A stretch of DNA of 64,000 nt from Minisyncoccota bacterium (GTDB taxonomy: Bacteria > Patescibacteriota > Minisyncoccia > UBA6257 > GWB1-50-10). The DNA lies in the NCBI GenBank assembly GCA_041917695.1, contig JAYRXE010000037.1:370582-434581 (forward strand), written 5' to 3'. This document shows positions 9,670 through 19,496 of this stretch, in pieces; the stretch's first letter is position 1, and the number at the start of each line of letters is the position of its first letter. The position numbers and the translations under genes were made by a program. The notes under the pieces were generated by a model, which was not told where the DNA came from, did not search any database, and saw only the letters and a list, made by a program, of their open reading frames with translations.

Positions 9670-10125
9670 TTATTTAAGTTCGAGAACGGTCTTAAAATTC
9701 CCTCGAAAACCGGGGTTTTCAGCATCCCCTTCCTCAATATCCCCCTTCTTCACGACAAGCTTCCCATTTTCCTTAAATACGCCGAGCTCCGAACCACCCC
9801 CGGCAAACCAGCAGATTGCGCCGGAAAGCTCTCCTTCGGAAAGGCCCCATGCGGACGCGGCGATTTCAAAACAGGAACCTTCGTATTCCCCGAGCGGATA
9901 TGTCTTCCCATTGGTTTCGAGAATAACTCTCGTGTGCGGAACCGGCCCCGCACGCTCGGTGTCCTCGAATTTCCACGCATATTCCCGGGCATCGTCTGCC
10001 GTGAATGTTGACGTAGGCGTCCCGGTTTCGCTCGTCGGTGCGGAAGCGGGGCGGTTCATGGACGTGATGAAGACTGCGGCGCCGATTGCGAGCACCGCCA
10101 AAGCTCCGATAAGGATTTTGCTCAT
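9670..10125 (-). CDS. Hypothetical membrane-anchored protein
   Basis: N-terminal TM; CWFAGGG motif. Confidence 0.7.
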   Translation of the reverse strand: MSKILIGALAVLAIGAAVFITSMNRPASAPTSETGTPTSTFTADDAREYAWKFEDTERAGPVPHTRVILETNGKTYPLGEYEGSCFEIAASAWGLSEGELSGAICWFAGGGSELGVFKENGKLVVKKGDIEEGDAENPGFRGNFKTVLELK

Positions 10126-10184
10126 AGGTTAATCATAGCAAAGAAAAAGAGGCTTAGAGCCTCTTTCCGTTTTTTGGTGCGATA

Positions 10185-10580
10185 TTACTTTGCATTCGGA
10201 TCTGTCTGGTGAACTCCAAAGGTGTTTCCCTCCGTATCGAGGAAATATCCCTGCCATGCCATCCCTACCAGAGCGTATTTGGGCATTGCAACTTTTCCTC
10301 CCGCTTCTTCGATCTTTTTTGCTATTTCATCGAAATTGTCTACCTGCACGGTGCAGACAAACGCATTCGCTCCCTGTTCCGGCTTTGGCGCGGGACAGGG
10401 CCTCACCAAAAGACCGCCGTTGATGCCCGGCTCGGTGCTCCCTTTTTCCGCAGTCATCACCATCCAATAGGGATTCTCTCCCCATTTCTCGAACGACCAG
10501 CCGAACACGTCGGTATAAAACTTCATCGCGCGCTCGGTGTTTTCCGCCTGTATCTCAAAATGGACAATTCTGTTTTTCAT
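10185..10580 (-). CDS. VOC/glyoxalase family protein
   Basis: IVHFEI..RAMKFY..VFGW; YFLDTEGNTFG. Confidence 0.9.
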   Translation of the reverse strand: MKNRIVHFEIQAENTERAMKFYTDVFGWSFEKWGENPYWMVMTAEKGSTEPGINGGLLVRPCPAPKPEQGANAFVCTVQVDNFDEIAKKIEEAGGKVAMPKYALVGMAWQGYFLDTEGNTFGVHQTDPNAK

Positions 10581-10611
10581 ATTGGTATTCCTCTCATACT
10601 ACCACATCCGC

Positions 10612-11727
10612 CTACGCGTCCTTTCCGATGGCTTCCGAAACGTTTGAAAATCCGTCTTTTTTAAGAAGTCGGGGAAGCTCCGCATTGATGGACGCGACAA
10701 GTTGGGGGCCTTCGTAGATGAGCCCCGTGATGAGCTGAACTGCCGTTGCGCCCAGGCGTATTTTTTTATACGCGTCTTCCGCGTTAAATACTCCTCCGCA
10801 ACCGATAACGACGAGCCGTTTCCCATATTCGCGATATGCCAACCGGATAAGTTCATTCGAACGCTCCTCTGTCGGTTTGCCGCTGAAATTCCCTTTTGGA
10901 TACCGCGCAACTTCTTTCGGATCGAGAGACGGGTGATTCCTATCCTTCTGAAGATTGCCGAAGATCACTCCTGACACGGGAAACTCGATGACCGCCGTAA
11001 GCATTCCGCGAACTTCTTCATCGGACTTATCTATCGGCATTTTAATAAAAAGCGGCCGAGAGAGATTCAACGCAGTTACTTTCTTAAGAAGTTCACTCAA
11101 GTGAAGTGGCTCATAAAACTCAACGCTCCCGTGCAAATTCGGGCAACTGATATTCAGCTCGTAATACGCGAACGGAACGGTGGAAATCTCCGCTTCTTTG
11201 AATGCCGAAAGAATGTCCTCGACTGCTTCGTTTTGGGTCATCCCCTCTTTATTGGTCTTTCCGACGCTCAAGCCTACGGGGAAGTCAAAACGGCTAAGTT
11301 TTAGGCGGGTAAGGATGGCGCGAATCCCGGGGTTCTTGAATCCCTTGTTCACCATAAGCGATCGGGATTTCACCAGCCGTCCGAGGCGTGGCGGCTCGTT
11401 TCCCTCATAGGGATTGTTAGTAATAGTCCCAATAGTCTCGAATCCAAAGCCAAGGGCGGGCAAAAACTGGGTGAGGCGTGCTTCATAGTCGAATCCGGCG
11501 GCGAGCCCGATGGGGCTGGCAAAATGAACGCCGCAGATTTCCTGCTCCAAGCTTTTTGCAGGGCGTCCAAAGAGAGCCTTAAAAATAGTTTTCCGCAGGC
11601 GGCTTTTGCCGAGCATTTCTCCCACCGCCGTCATCCGTTCGTGGATTTTCTCTGAGTTCGTAAGAAAAAGAACCGGACGCAAAAACCGGTAGAGATCGTT
11701 GCACGCAGATAGGAAAAGCCTTCTCAT
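10612..11727 (-). CDS. pyrD: Quinone-dependent dihydroorotate dehydrogenase (class 2)
   Basis: PIGLAAGFD, GNEPPRLGRL, ELNISCPN, SGKP, IGCGGV, VQLITG. Confidence 0.9.
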   Translation of the reverse strand: MRRLFLSACNDLYRFLRPVLFLTNSEKIHERMTAVGEMLGKSRLRKTIFKALFGRPAKSLEQEICGVHFASPIGLAAGFDYEARLTQFLPALGFGFETIGTITNNPYEGNEPPRLGRLVKSRSLMVNKGFKNPGIRAILTRLKLSRFDFPVGLSVGKTNKEGMTQNEAVEDILSAFKEAEISTVPFAYYELNISCPNLHGSVEFYEPLHLSELLKKVTALNLSRPLFIKMPIDKSDEEVRGMLTAVIEFPVSGVIFGNLQKDRNHPSLDPKEVARYPKGNFSGKPTEERSNELIRLAYREYGKRLVVIGCGGVFNAEDAYKKIRLGATAVQLITGLIYEGPQLVASINAELPRLLKKDGFSNVSEAIGKDA

Positions 11728-11757
11728 GGAACGCCTATAGTATACACCCGCCGGGCT

Positions 11758-12183
11758 TTATGACGTCCAGATTTTTTTGCCGTCAGGCGTTTTCCAATCG
11801 GTAAAGCGCCACCAAGTCGGCACGAATTTAAAATAGACCGTCTCGGGATCTTTCGGATGCTCCTCCTTATCCGGGAATTTTCCGAAATATGTCTTTTCGA
11901 AAAGGCCTTCTTCGGCCTCAGCCACCACGCTCGCCTCTCCGTCCATTTGAAGCGTTTTCATATTGCTTTCATCGGAACCGATCACGAATGACGCCCGTGT
12001 TTTTTCCTTGCCGAAAAGCGGTTCGCATTTCCGGTAATTCCGATCAGTTTCGAAGTAAAAAACGAGCGGTTCCTCCGTATGGGCGAAATGAATGGTCGCA
12101 CCATGCGGCGAGCCATCAAGCATTTCGACGGCGAGCACGCCCACCCGCTGGCTTTTGATATATTCCAGTATGTTTTCTTGCAT
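11758..12183 (-). CDS. Pyridoxamine 5'-phosphate oxidase-like (split-barrel flavin-binding) protein
   Basis: VGVLA..DGSPHGA..FYFET..RK..LQMDG pattern. Confidence 0.8.
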   Translation of the reverse strand: MQENILEYIKSQRVGVLAVEMLDGSPHGATIHFAHTEEPLVFYFETDRNYRKCEPLFGKEKTRASFVIGSDESNMKTLQMDGEASVVAEAEEGLFEKTYFGKFPDKEEHPKDPETVYFKFVPTWWRFTDWKTPDGKKIWTS

Positions 12184-12197
12184 GCTCTTCTTATACC

Positions 12198-12614
12198 CTA
12201 TTCCGACACAAGCTCAAGGGTGTCCGCTTGAAGTGTTGACCCTTCGGAGAACGTGCCGTAGGCTCGAATCTTTTTTCCGATCAAATCTTGCACGGCATTG
12301 CTTATCCGAAAGGTGAGCAGCATCGAAAAGACGTTCCCATAGACGGCTCCGGGCGTTTCGATATCCAAAAAGAACCTGCCTCCATCTTGCCGGAGATGCC
12401 CCACGTATGATTCCGCGGTGTTCGGGCAGGGAGAAAACCTGCACTCAGGGCCCGCACGCCCCACTCCGGAACCGTCGGGACACAGGAGAGCTTCTTCAGT
12501 GCACCCGTGTGAAGGCGGGTTTGGTTTCACCGGCGAAAACCCTCCAAACTCCATGGTAAGAAATGCCGCCACTACAACTGCGATACCGACACCAAGTTTT
12601 ACATTTTCAGACAT
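12198..12614 (-). CDS. Membrane-anchored protein with Cys motif
   Basis: CTEEALLCPDGSGVGRAGPECRFSPCP motif typical of CPR surface proteins. Confidence 0.75.
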   Translation of the reverse strand: MSENVKLGVGIAVVVAAFLTMEFGGFSPVKPNPPSHGCTEEALLCPDGSGVGRAGPECRFSPCPNTAESYVGHLRQDGGRFFLDIETPGAVYGNVFSMLLTFRISNAVQDLIGKKIRAYGTFSEGSTLQADTLELVSE

Positions 12615-12616
12615 AG

Positions 12617-13033
12617 TTAAAAAGCCATAAGAAAGGCTCCGAGGGCGACCATAAGCGCACCAACCGCTTTTTGCCAGGTCATCGCCTCGCTCAAGAAGAG
12701 CACGGCAAGAATGAAGGCGAAGATGACGCTCGTACGATCGATGGCCACGACTCCCGTCACGGTGCCCGACTTCACCGCAAAAAAGTAAAAAAGCCAGGAG
12801 AGCGCACCGGCGATGCCGGAGAGCGCGATAAAGGTAAGCGCCTTGCTATTGAGATTTTGCATAAAAGAAAATTTTCCCAAGCCCCATGAGACGGCGACTA
12901 GAAACACCGCCATCACTATGGCGCGAAGCGCCGTGGCAAGCGTGGAATCAATCCCCTTCAGGCCGATCTTCCCAAATACGGCAACGAGCGCCGCAAATAC
13001 CGCCGAAAGGAGGGCATAAATACTCCAGTGCAT
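12617..13033 (-). CDS. EamA/DMT family transporter
   Basis: MHWSIYALLSAVFAAL..KIGLKGIDS..SWLFYF..IDRTS. Confidence 0.88.
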   Translation of the reverse strand: MHWSIYALLSAVFAALVAVFGKIGLKGIDSTLATALRAIVMAVFLVAVSWGLGKFSFMQNLNSKALTFIALSGIAGALSWLFYFFAVKSGTVTGVVAIDRTSVIFAFILAVLFLSEAMTWQKAVGALMVALGAFLMAF

Positions 13034-13034
13034 A

Positions 13035-13199
13035 TTACATCTGAAGGAATCCGAAAAGATTGTACATAAGCATCGCCGGCCAAATGAGAGCCTTCCCAAT
13101 CCCCACAACCCCAGCCCAAAAACCGATAGCATGCTGGAGATAGTAGATTCCCGCACCGATAACTCCCAAGCCGTATACCATGCCAGAACCTTTATTCAT
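13035..13199 (-). CDS. Small membrane protein (54 aa)
   Basis: Manual translation MNKGSGMVYGLGVIGAGIYYLQHAIGFWAGVVGIGKALIWPAMLMYNLFGFLQM; below ORF-track cutoff. Confidence 0.75.
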   Translation of the reverse strand: MNKGSGMVYGLGVIGAGIYYLQHAIGFWAGVVGIGKALIWPAMLMYNLFGFLQM

Positions 13200-13314
13200 G
13201 CTTTTATTTTAGCAGGTCGGCACTTCATTTCCCTTTTCAAATACGAATTGACGCCTCTCGGTGAACTATGATAAAGCTAGTGTAGAATTTATTAACTTAA
13301 AAAGGAGGTGGAAT

Positions 13315-13782
13315 ATGACTGAAGGAATGACTGCAGAATATGTTTTGGAAACCCCAAAAAAATTATATGAATTCTTGAAAGGCAAGTTTGGAGCAACGGG
13401 GAAAATCTCAAAATTTACTGATAGAAGTAAACGTGAATGGGTTTTTCAGGATATAAAGTTTCCCAAGGCCGGTGATCGAGCTATGGATGAGTTGACATGC
13501 TTTATTGGACTCTCGCCTAATGCGCCAATTGATGAAGGCTACGAATTCAAGTTATGGCAAAGGGCCCCTGATGACACCACTCTTGGAATAAGTGAATCAT
13601 TGTCTCTGATTTACGTAAAAAGCCAAGTAAAGGATATCGTTGGGCCAGTTTCTAATCTAAGCATGCTCATTCGCGCAGAGATTTTTATTCCTGGATTGAG
13701 TAATTACTCCTCTCTCATTACGGTCCTCATTGCGATAAACGAATTTCTGCTTCAAAGCAGTGAAAAGTCCCTTGCTAGTTAA
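13315..13782 (+). CDS. Hypothetical protein (AT-rich orphan)
   Basis: SD AGGAGG before ATG 13315; terminator AACCCGCC..GGCGGGTT at 13781-13799. Confidence 0.7.
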   Translation: MTEGMTAEYVLETPKKLYEFLKGKFGATGKISKFTDRSKREWVFQDIKFPKAGDRAMDELTCFIGLSPNAPIDEGYEFKLWQRAPDDTTLGISESLSLIYVKSQVKDIVGPVSNLSMLIRAEIFIPGLSNYSSLITVLIAINEFLLQSSEKSLAS

Positions 13783-13891
13783 CCCGCCAATGGCGGGTTT
13801 ATTTTTGGCAATATTAATTTGCAATTTTTGACATACTTCTCCTTTTAATGCATGATACGCTTAGAATTATTAACCTATATAGGAGGCTTAT

Positions 13892-14062
13892 ATGCTTCTA
13901 CTCCAGTATTTTCTGTTATTCCTGCCGCAAGACTTAACTGAGGGAGACTTCATTTTTCTTGAAAAAGTCTGCGGGACCATGCTTGGCCTTTTTGTACTAT
14001 TTATTATTTTTATGGCGCTGGCCAGCCGCGGGGAAGATCCGCGAGATACCGATTGGGATTAG
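13892..14062 (+). CDS. Small membrane protein (56 aa)
   Basis: TTGACA(13828)-17-CATGAT, SD AGGAGG, MLLLQYFLLFLPQDLTEGDFIFLEKVCGTMLGLFVLFIIFMALASRGEDPRDTDWD, hairpin AGGGC-TTCG-GCCCT downstream. Confidence 0.6.
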   Translation: MLLLQYFLLFLPQDLTEGDFIFLEKVCGTMLGLFVLFIIFMALASRGEDPRDTDWD

Positions 14063-14090
14063 TTTTCTTACATTAGGGCTTCGGCCCTAT

Positions 14091-14549
14091 TTATTTTTCC
14101 ATGAAAGCCTTCCAATCGATCTTCCAGCTCCCCCGCTGAACCATCTTGTCATTCGTCTCACTCGCAAACTTCGGGTAAATGTGGAGATGGAAATGCGCTA
14201 GCGAGGGCTTCGCCCTGCCGTCGTATCTCGATCGCCATGCGAAGAAAAACTGGTCGCCAAAACGCGATGAAGCGCTCACAATCCCCTTTGCCCGATAATG
14301 AGTTTCGATATGCTTTATTGCCAATTTAAGCTCGCTAAGCTCGGCAGCTCTCAATTCCGTGAATTCCGTTACATGGCGCTTACTCACCAATAGCGTGTGA
14401 TATTTCCGATACGGGAAGGCCGCAAAATACCATCCCCAATGTCTGAATTTTTTGATGAGGAGCGAATCCCTGTCACTGCAGAAAGCGCAGACCCCCTTGA
14501 GGCTTTTTAAATGCTTAGCGTATTCCTTCCGAGGTAAGGGATGTTTCAT
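14091..14549 (-). CDS. HIT domain protein
   Basis: CAFC, FPY..HTLLVSKRH, HFHLH triad. Confidence 0.85.
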   Translation of the reverse strand: MKHPLPRKEYAKHLKSLKGVCAFCSDRDSLLIKKFRHWGWYFAAFPYRKYHTLLVSKRHVTEFTELRAAELSELKLAIKHIETHYRAKGIVSASSRFGDQFFFAWRSRYDGRAKPSLAHFHLHIYPKFASETNDKMVQRGSWKIDWKAFMEK

Positions 14550-14644
14550 GGAGCTCCAATTCTTCCATATTTAGATTCTATACTTTCCTCCGTGGCCATG
14601 AAATCCCCGCCCTTCGCATTGCCACGTTTTGCTAATATAAAATT

Positions 14645-15133
14645 ATGGAACGCAAGGCGGGCTTTTTCCGAAACTTCGTATTTGGGGTTGAAGATAGCTT
14701 AGTCTCTACCGTCGGCCTCCTTTCCGGCGTTGCCGCGGCGGGCACCAGCGCGTGGACAACGTTCACCACCGGCGTTATCCTCATCTTCGTCGAAGCATTC
14801 TCTATGGCGATCGGAAGCTATCTTTCCGAAAATTCCGCGCAAGAGTTTGTTGAGCATAGGCAGGAACCTCTCGGCCAATCAGTGCCTAATTCGCTCATCA
14901 TGTTCTTTTCGTATTTTATTTCGGGATTCGTCCCGCTTTTCCCGTACCTCTTTTTTGACGCTTCCCGCGCCCTGCCTATTTCAGTCGGCGCGTCGCTCAT
15001 TGCCTTGCTTGCCCTCGGTTTCGGAAGTGCAAGGCTTTCCAAGACAAGCGTTTGGAAGGGCGTGTTGCGCATGATGCTTCTTGGCGGAACCGCCATTGCC
15101 CTCGGCATCAGCGTAGGACTTATTTTAAAGTAA
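14645..15133 (+). CDS. VIT1/CCC1 family transporter
   Basis: FVFGVEDSLVSTVG, EAFSMAIGSYLSE, VPLFPY. Confidence 0.88.
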   Translation: MERKAGFFRNFVFGVEDSLVSTVGLLSGVAAAGTSAWTTFTTGVILIFVEAFSMAIGSYLSENSAQEFVEHRQEPLGQSVPNSLIMFFSYFISGFVPLFPYLFFDASRALPISVGASLIALLALGFGSARLSKTSVWKGVLRMMLLGGTAIALGISVGLILK

Positions 15134-15281
15134 GCTCCCACTGAGAGTCAGTTTCAAACTCTCCATCTCTCTAGAATTGGGCACAAATCATCTACTCAAT
15201 GGCTTGTTTGACGCATCAAAAAAATGCGCCTATGGTTTTAAATAGAATTTCTACAAATTTAACAACTTTTTGGAGGTGGAA

Positions 15282-15710
15282 ATGAAACACTCAACAAAAG
15301 AGCTTTTAGTTGCAATTGTTGCAGTTATTGCAGGTGGAATCGGATTATCACTCTTTGCTTTAAACTATCCCCGTCCCCTTGGTGTAGGCACCATTATCGC
15401 ATTTGTGATTTGCATCGCCGTGCTCGGATGGTGCATGTATAAAATGGAAAAATTAGTATATAGCGAAGGAGAGGTAAGGAAGGAAAATTCGAAAAAAGAC
15501 TCACAGGATGGAAGTGACAAAAAATTGCCTCAGCTTAGAAATTTCTTAAGGAAAGTTCAACAGGCATTCTGCAAACACAATTATGAATTAGCAGAACCAA
15601 TGGATTGGCCTGTATTTGAAGAAGGAACTTCCTATAATCTTATTAGGAAACACGCCTGCTCTCATTGCGGGCATGAGGCTTATCTCGGAACCGGCTGGAT
15701 ATTAGGATAA
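15282..15710 (+). CDS. Hypothetical membrane protein with C-terminal Cys/His motif
   Basis: TTGACG-17-TATGGT promoter, SD GGAGG, two TMs, FCKH...CSHCG; terminator 15717-15744. Confidence 0.7.
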   Translation: MKHSTKELLVAIVAVIAGGIGLSLFALNYPRPLGVGTIIAFVICIAVLGWCMYKMEKLVYSEGEVRKENSKKDSQDGSDKKLPQLRNFLRKVQQAFCKHNYELAEPMDWPVFEEGTSYNLIRKHACSHCGHEAYLGTGWILG

Positions 15711-15799
15711 TTTTTCAAAAATCACCCCATGCAGGGTGATTTTTATTTGCCCACCTTTCCAATTGGAATAGAAATTCTAAGGCCGCTATAATTGAAACG

Positions 15800-16327
15800 A
15801 TGTATGGAAGACTCAGCGATATTTTGAGGAAGATATCGCCTTATTTGAAGAAGGAGGACAGGATAATAGATATCGGCTGCGGTAGCTGCGAAGTCTGTAA
15901 GCATCTGCAGAATGATGGATACGCCGTTACCCCCGTCGATGTCAAAAATAGGAGCTTTTTTCGAAATATAAAGCCGATCATCTATGACGGGAAGAAATTG
16001 CCATTTCCCGACAATTCCTTCGATGTATCGCTCCTCATAACGGTTTTGCACCACACTCAAGATCCCGTGGCGGTTTTAAGCGAGGCGAAACGCGTTTCGA
16101 AGCGCATTATCGTAATGGAAGATCTTTACCAAGGTAAGGCTCAAAAGTACCTGACCTTTGCAATGGACAGCATTCTTAACCTTGAGTTCTTTGGCCATCC
16201 GCATACGAATATGACCAAGGAGGAATGGGAGCATCTTTTCAAGGAATTGAAATTAACAAAGAAAAGTGAAAATATACACGATTTCTGGAAATTCTTTACG
16301 AGCGGCACTTTCTATCTTGTTAAGTAG
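15800..16327 (+). CDS. Class I SAM-dependent methyltransferase
   Basis: IIDIGCGS, LPFPDNSFD, VLHH, EAKRV. Confidence 0.9.
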   Translation: MYGRLSDILRKISPYLKKEDRIIDIGCGSCEVCKHLQNDGYAVTPVDVKNRSFFRNIKPIIYDGKKLPFPDNSFDVSLLITVLHHTQDPVAVLSEAKRVSKRIIVMEDLYQGKAQKYLTFAMDSILNLEFFGHPHTNMTKEEWEHLFKELKLTKKSENIHDFWKFFTSGTFYLVK

Positions 16328-16365
16328 ATGAATAAATAGGCAAGCCGGTGAGCTTGCCTATAAAA

Positions 16366-17583
16366 CTAGTTTTCCTGGGTCGCGGAAACCATTTCCCGCC
16401 TTTCTTTCTCGACACTTCTTTTATACGAATGGTAGCTCCATATACCGACAATGAGGGAGAGACCTCCCAGCATAATCAGCGCACTCAGCAAATCCGAGCG
16501 CTGCAAGAGGAACCCGAACCCTGCCATCCCAACTATCGCCACCAAGCTGGACGATGATGACTGCACCGAAAGGACGGTTGCACGGATATCGCTCTGAATA
16601 TGTCGGTTCACGTAGTCACCCACGAACGGGCGCATAAATCCGCGGCTTACGTTTTGTATCAGCACGAGGTACGCGAAAGGCCATATAGGCACAAGCCCCA
16701 TCAGAAGGATCGGCACGGCCACGCAGAGAATCAGGCCAAGCACGCTTCTCCGCTCCCCGATAAGGGCTTCTAGCTTGTAAGCATAGTGGCTGAAAAACCA
16801 CGCCACGATGTTTAACAGGAAGAAAATGACGCCATATTGGTAGATCGCGATGCCAACAAACTCAAAATACGGATTGTACGTAAAGAACCATAGCTTTGAG
16901 GTGGTGCCGATAAGGGCCGCGAATCCCAACATCCACCGCACCGCCCTAGAGCGAAATGCGAATGTGGCGCCCCGTTTCAAGGTTTCGAGCTGCCGCTGCA
17001 CGGAATAATGCTCAACCCGCGCCGGCTCTTTCCAGAAGAACGTAGCAACAAGCGGCACAAGGGTAAACGGCAGACTAAGGTACAGCGGAAGCCGGAGGCT
17101 GATATCTGCCAGGAAACCGGTCGCAAGCGAACAGAACGCAATAAGGAACATCCGCAGTCCGATAGCCTTCCCCTCTATCCTTTTGTATTCGTTTTCCCTC
17201 TTCGCTTCCTTCAGCGTATCGTAGAGAAACGCAGAATCTGCCCCCGACTGCATTGAGAAACCGACAGCCCAGAGAATATTGCCGATCCACGCTTCAAGCG
17301 GATTCGCCATCGTTGCAAAAAAGTAGATACTCCCCAAAAGGAAGACTCTCCCAATGCTGATTGTCTTCTTTCTTCCCAAAATGTCGGCTAATGCGCCCAT
17401 CGGTATTTCAAGGCACACCAGTACCCCAATCACCACCGATTCCATGAGGTAGATCTCAGCCAGCGACATAAAGGCCAGTTTTTGAAGAGATGTGATGAGA
17501 ATGGGGCCCCAAAAAAGCGGCTCGTTAAAAATCGCATACAGCTGGTACAGCAGGATATTTCGTTTGTATTCGGTGTCTTTCAT
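16366..17583 (-). CDS. MFS transporter
   Basis: About 12 TMs; EIPMGALADILGRKK motif A; SGADSAFLYD. Confidence 0.9.
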   Translation of the reverse strand: MKDTEYKRNILLYQLYAIFNEPLFWGPILITSLQKLAFMSLAEIYLMESVVIGVLVCLEIPMGALADILGRKKTISIGRVFLLGSIYFFATMANPLEAWIGNILWAVGFSMQSGADSAFLYDTLKEAKRENEYKRIEGKAIGLRMFLIAFCSLATGFLADISLRLPLYLSLPFTLVPLVATFFWKEPARVEHYSVQRQLETLKRGATFAFRSRAVRWMLGFAALIGTTSKLWFFTYNPYFEFVGIAIYQYGVIFFLLNIVAWFFSHYAYKLEALIGERRSVLGLILCVAVPILLMGLVPIWPFAYLVLIQNVSRGFMRPFVGDYVNRHIQSDIRATVLSVQSSSSSLVAIVGMAGFGFLLQRSDLLSALIMLGGLSLIVGIWSYHSYKRSVEKERREMVSATQEN

Positions 17584-17627
17584 TGCTGAAATCCTTTCTT
17601 ATTAAGTTGTTAAATAATTTTCTGAAT

Positions 17628-17660
17628 AAAAAACCTCGGCTTTCTATCCAGCCGAGGTTT
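17628..17660 (-). terminator. Terminator/attenuator hairpin in the MFS 5' leader
   Basis: AAACCTCGGCT..AGCCGAGGTTT with U-tract on the minus strand, about 45 nt upstream of the MFS start. Confidence 0.7.
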
Positions 17661-17683
17661 CTCTAAGTGATTTTTCGTATTGT

Positions 17684-17812
17684 TTAAGCGGTCCTACAAA
17701 AATCACGGCTGAATACAAAGCGATTGGTGTGATTCGTCCAAATGGAAAAAGACACCCCAAGTTTCGGCGTTGCGTAGCACGTATTCATGTGATTTTTGTT
17801 CAACTCTTTCAT
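17684..17812 (-). CDS. Putative leader peptide (42 aa)
   Basis: MKELNKNHMNTCYATPKLGVSFSIWTNHTNRFVFSRDFCRTA; ATG directly after a TTGACA-17-TATCAT promoter. Confidence 0.45.
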   Translation of the reverse strand: MKELNKNHMNTCYATPKLGVSFSIWTNHTNRFVFSRDFCRTA

Positions 17813-17986
17813 GCGTATATGATACATATATTGTGCATTTTGTCAATTTTTTTCGGCTTCTGAACTCTGCATTACTTGGCTGAGCATCTGGAATGGCCAA
17901 GCGAGGAAAAAGTGCAAAAACTACTATTCAAGAATGGTGGTTTTTCTATCGAGGGTTAGATACTTCACCCTAATAACTTCTTAATC

Positions 17987-18994
17987 TCAAAGAAGGGAAA
18001 AATGGAGTCTCTCTATGAACTCTTCTTTATGACTATCCAAATAGACCATATTCCTTATAGAGGGCGGATAGGTGAGATCTGAACGAAAATCGTGCTCCTC
18101 ATAATGCGCTCGTTCCCGCCATACGGAAAACATTTTAAAAAAAACAGCTTCTACTCCTTTGCGCAATTCTTCTTTTTCGAAAGGATATTCTTCAAAGTAT
18201 GCCTTCGCAAAAATAGCCGCTTGCTCAAAACCTTCTTCCGTATACGCATACTCAAAGCAAGAGATATAGAGCGATCGGGCAAATTCATACATTCGCGGCA
18301 TGGGGCCGGACATATCAAGGTCAAAAATGGCAGAGATGCTCATGTTTTCTTTGAAAAACATATTTGAGGGATGATAATCCCCGTGGCCAAGCGTCAATTT
18401 TTCGAATGTGAGCTGCTTGATATCTTCAGCGTGCTTCAAAACCATCTTCTTTTTTAAGGCAAGTCCTTCCTCCGCGATGTGGTCGTATTCCGTTTTAGAA
18501 GCAAGGTGGGAAATTTTCAAAAGAAAGCGGTCGATATCGGCAATCAACTTATCTGGAGAAGGTGAGAGAAAATAAGTAGAAACATCTGCATAAGACCCCT
18601 TAATGCCGTCTTTTGTAAGAAGATGCATCTTTGCAAGCATCTCCCCCATATTTCTCAGAGCATCCCTTGGAGCTTTCCCGAAGTCAAAACTCTGGCCACT
18701 TACAAAGGGATACAGGACATACGCCGCCCCTTCCTGAAACACATGCGATGCGTCGTCTCTTGTCCGAATCGGAGTGAGCACAGGAATGCCGTGGGAGCAA
18801 AAATATTCCTCGACCCTTTTTATGGATTCTATTCTTCCCCCTCCGGATGCCCTGTGCATTTTTAAAAAATAAAAGCCACCAGACGTTTCTATTTTCCAAT
18901 TCTTGCTAGACATCCCAATAGGAATCAGGGAGATCCTCAAAACATCTCCGATATTCCATTCACGAAGAATTTTTATGATTGCGGAGTCAGTCAT
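17987..18994 (-). CDS. Phosphotransferase (APH / type II homoserine kinase-like)
   Basis: YFLK, GEMLAKMH, HGDYHPSN, IFDLD. Confidence 0.85.
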   Translation of the reverse strand: MTDSAIIKILREWNIGDVLRISLIPIGMSSKNWKIETSGGFYFLKMHRASGGGRIESIKRVEEYFCSHGIPVLTPIRTRDDASHVFQEGAAYVLYPFVSGQSFDFGKAPRDALRNMGEMLAKMHLLTKDGIKGSYADVSTYFLSPSPDKLIADIDRFLLKISHLASKTEYDHIAEEGLALKKKMVLKHAEDIKQLTFEKLTLGHGDYHPSNMFFKENMSISAIFDLDMSGPMPRMYEFARSLYISCFEYAYTEEGFEQAAIFAKAYFEEYPFEKEELRKGVEAVFFKMFSVWRERAHYEEHDFRSDLTYPPSIRNMVYLDSHKEEFIERLHFSLL

Positions 18995-19457
18995 CAATCC
19001 CTTTCAAATTATTTTCAAAAATCTTGCAAAAACCGCCAGATTCATCCCTCGTCTCTCGGCGAATTTTCCACCCTCGTTTCCCGAGAAATTTTTCTATCAG
19101 CGGATTATCCGTGCATACTAAAACAATTTTCTCCCCTCTTTTCCTAAGATACTCCATCCGTTTTTCGTAAAACTCACGATAAATGCCTTGCTCGCGGTAT
19201 TCCGGGAGAACCACCGCATCCGCAAGCCACGGCAGGCCATTGTCTATCTCGTCAGGACTTGCCACACGAGTTATTGCCCCAAATCCTGCAAGCTTTTCAC
19301 CTTCAAAACACCCGATGATATATTCGGATTCTTTGAGTTCATCCCACGCGTTCACGGGGTACTCAAGTCCCCAAGAATGCTCATGGATGATGTCCGCACA
19401 CCGTTTTGCAAGCGGATTGGTCGTTTTTATTTTCCGATACTCAAGCCTCGTGTTCAT
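18987..19457 (-). CDS. GNAT family acetyltransferase
   Basis: VVLPEYREQGI motif A. Confidence 0.8.
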   Translation of the reverse strand: MNTRLEYRKIKTTNPLAKRCADIIHEHSWGLEYPVNAWDELKESEYIIGCFEGEKLAGFGAITRVASPDEIDNGLPWLADAVVLPEYREQGIYREFYEKRMEYLRKRGEKIVLVCTDNPLIEKFLGKRGWKIRRETRDESGGFCKIFENNLKGIDD

Positions 19458-19496
19458 AAGATCTTTTTGACCCTGGGGTACATACGCAGCATATTT

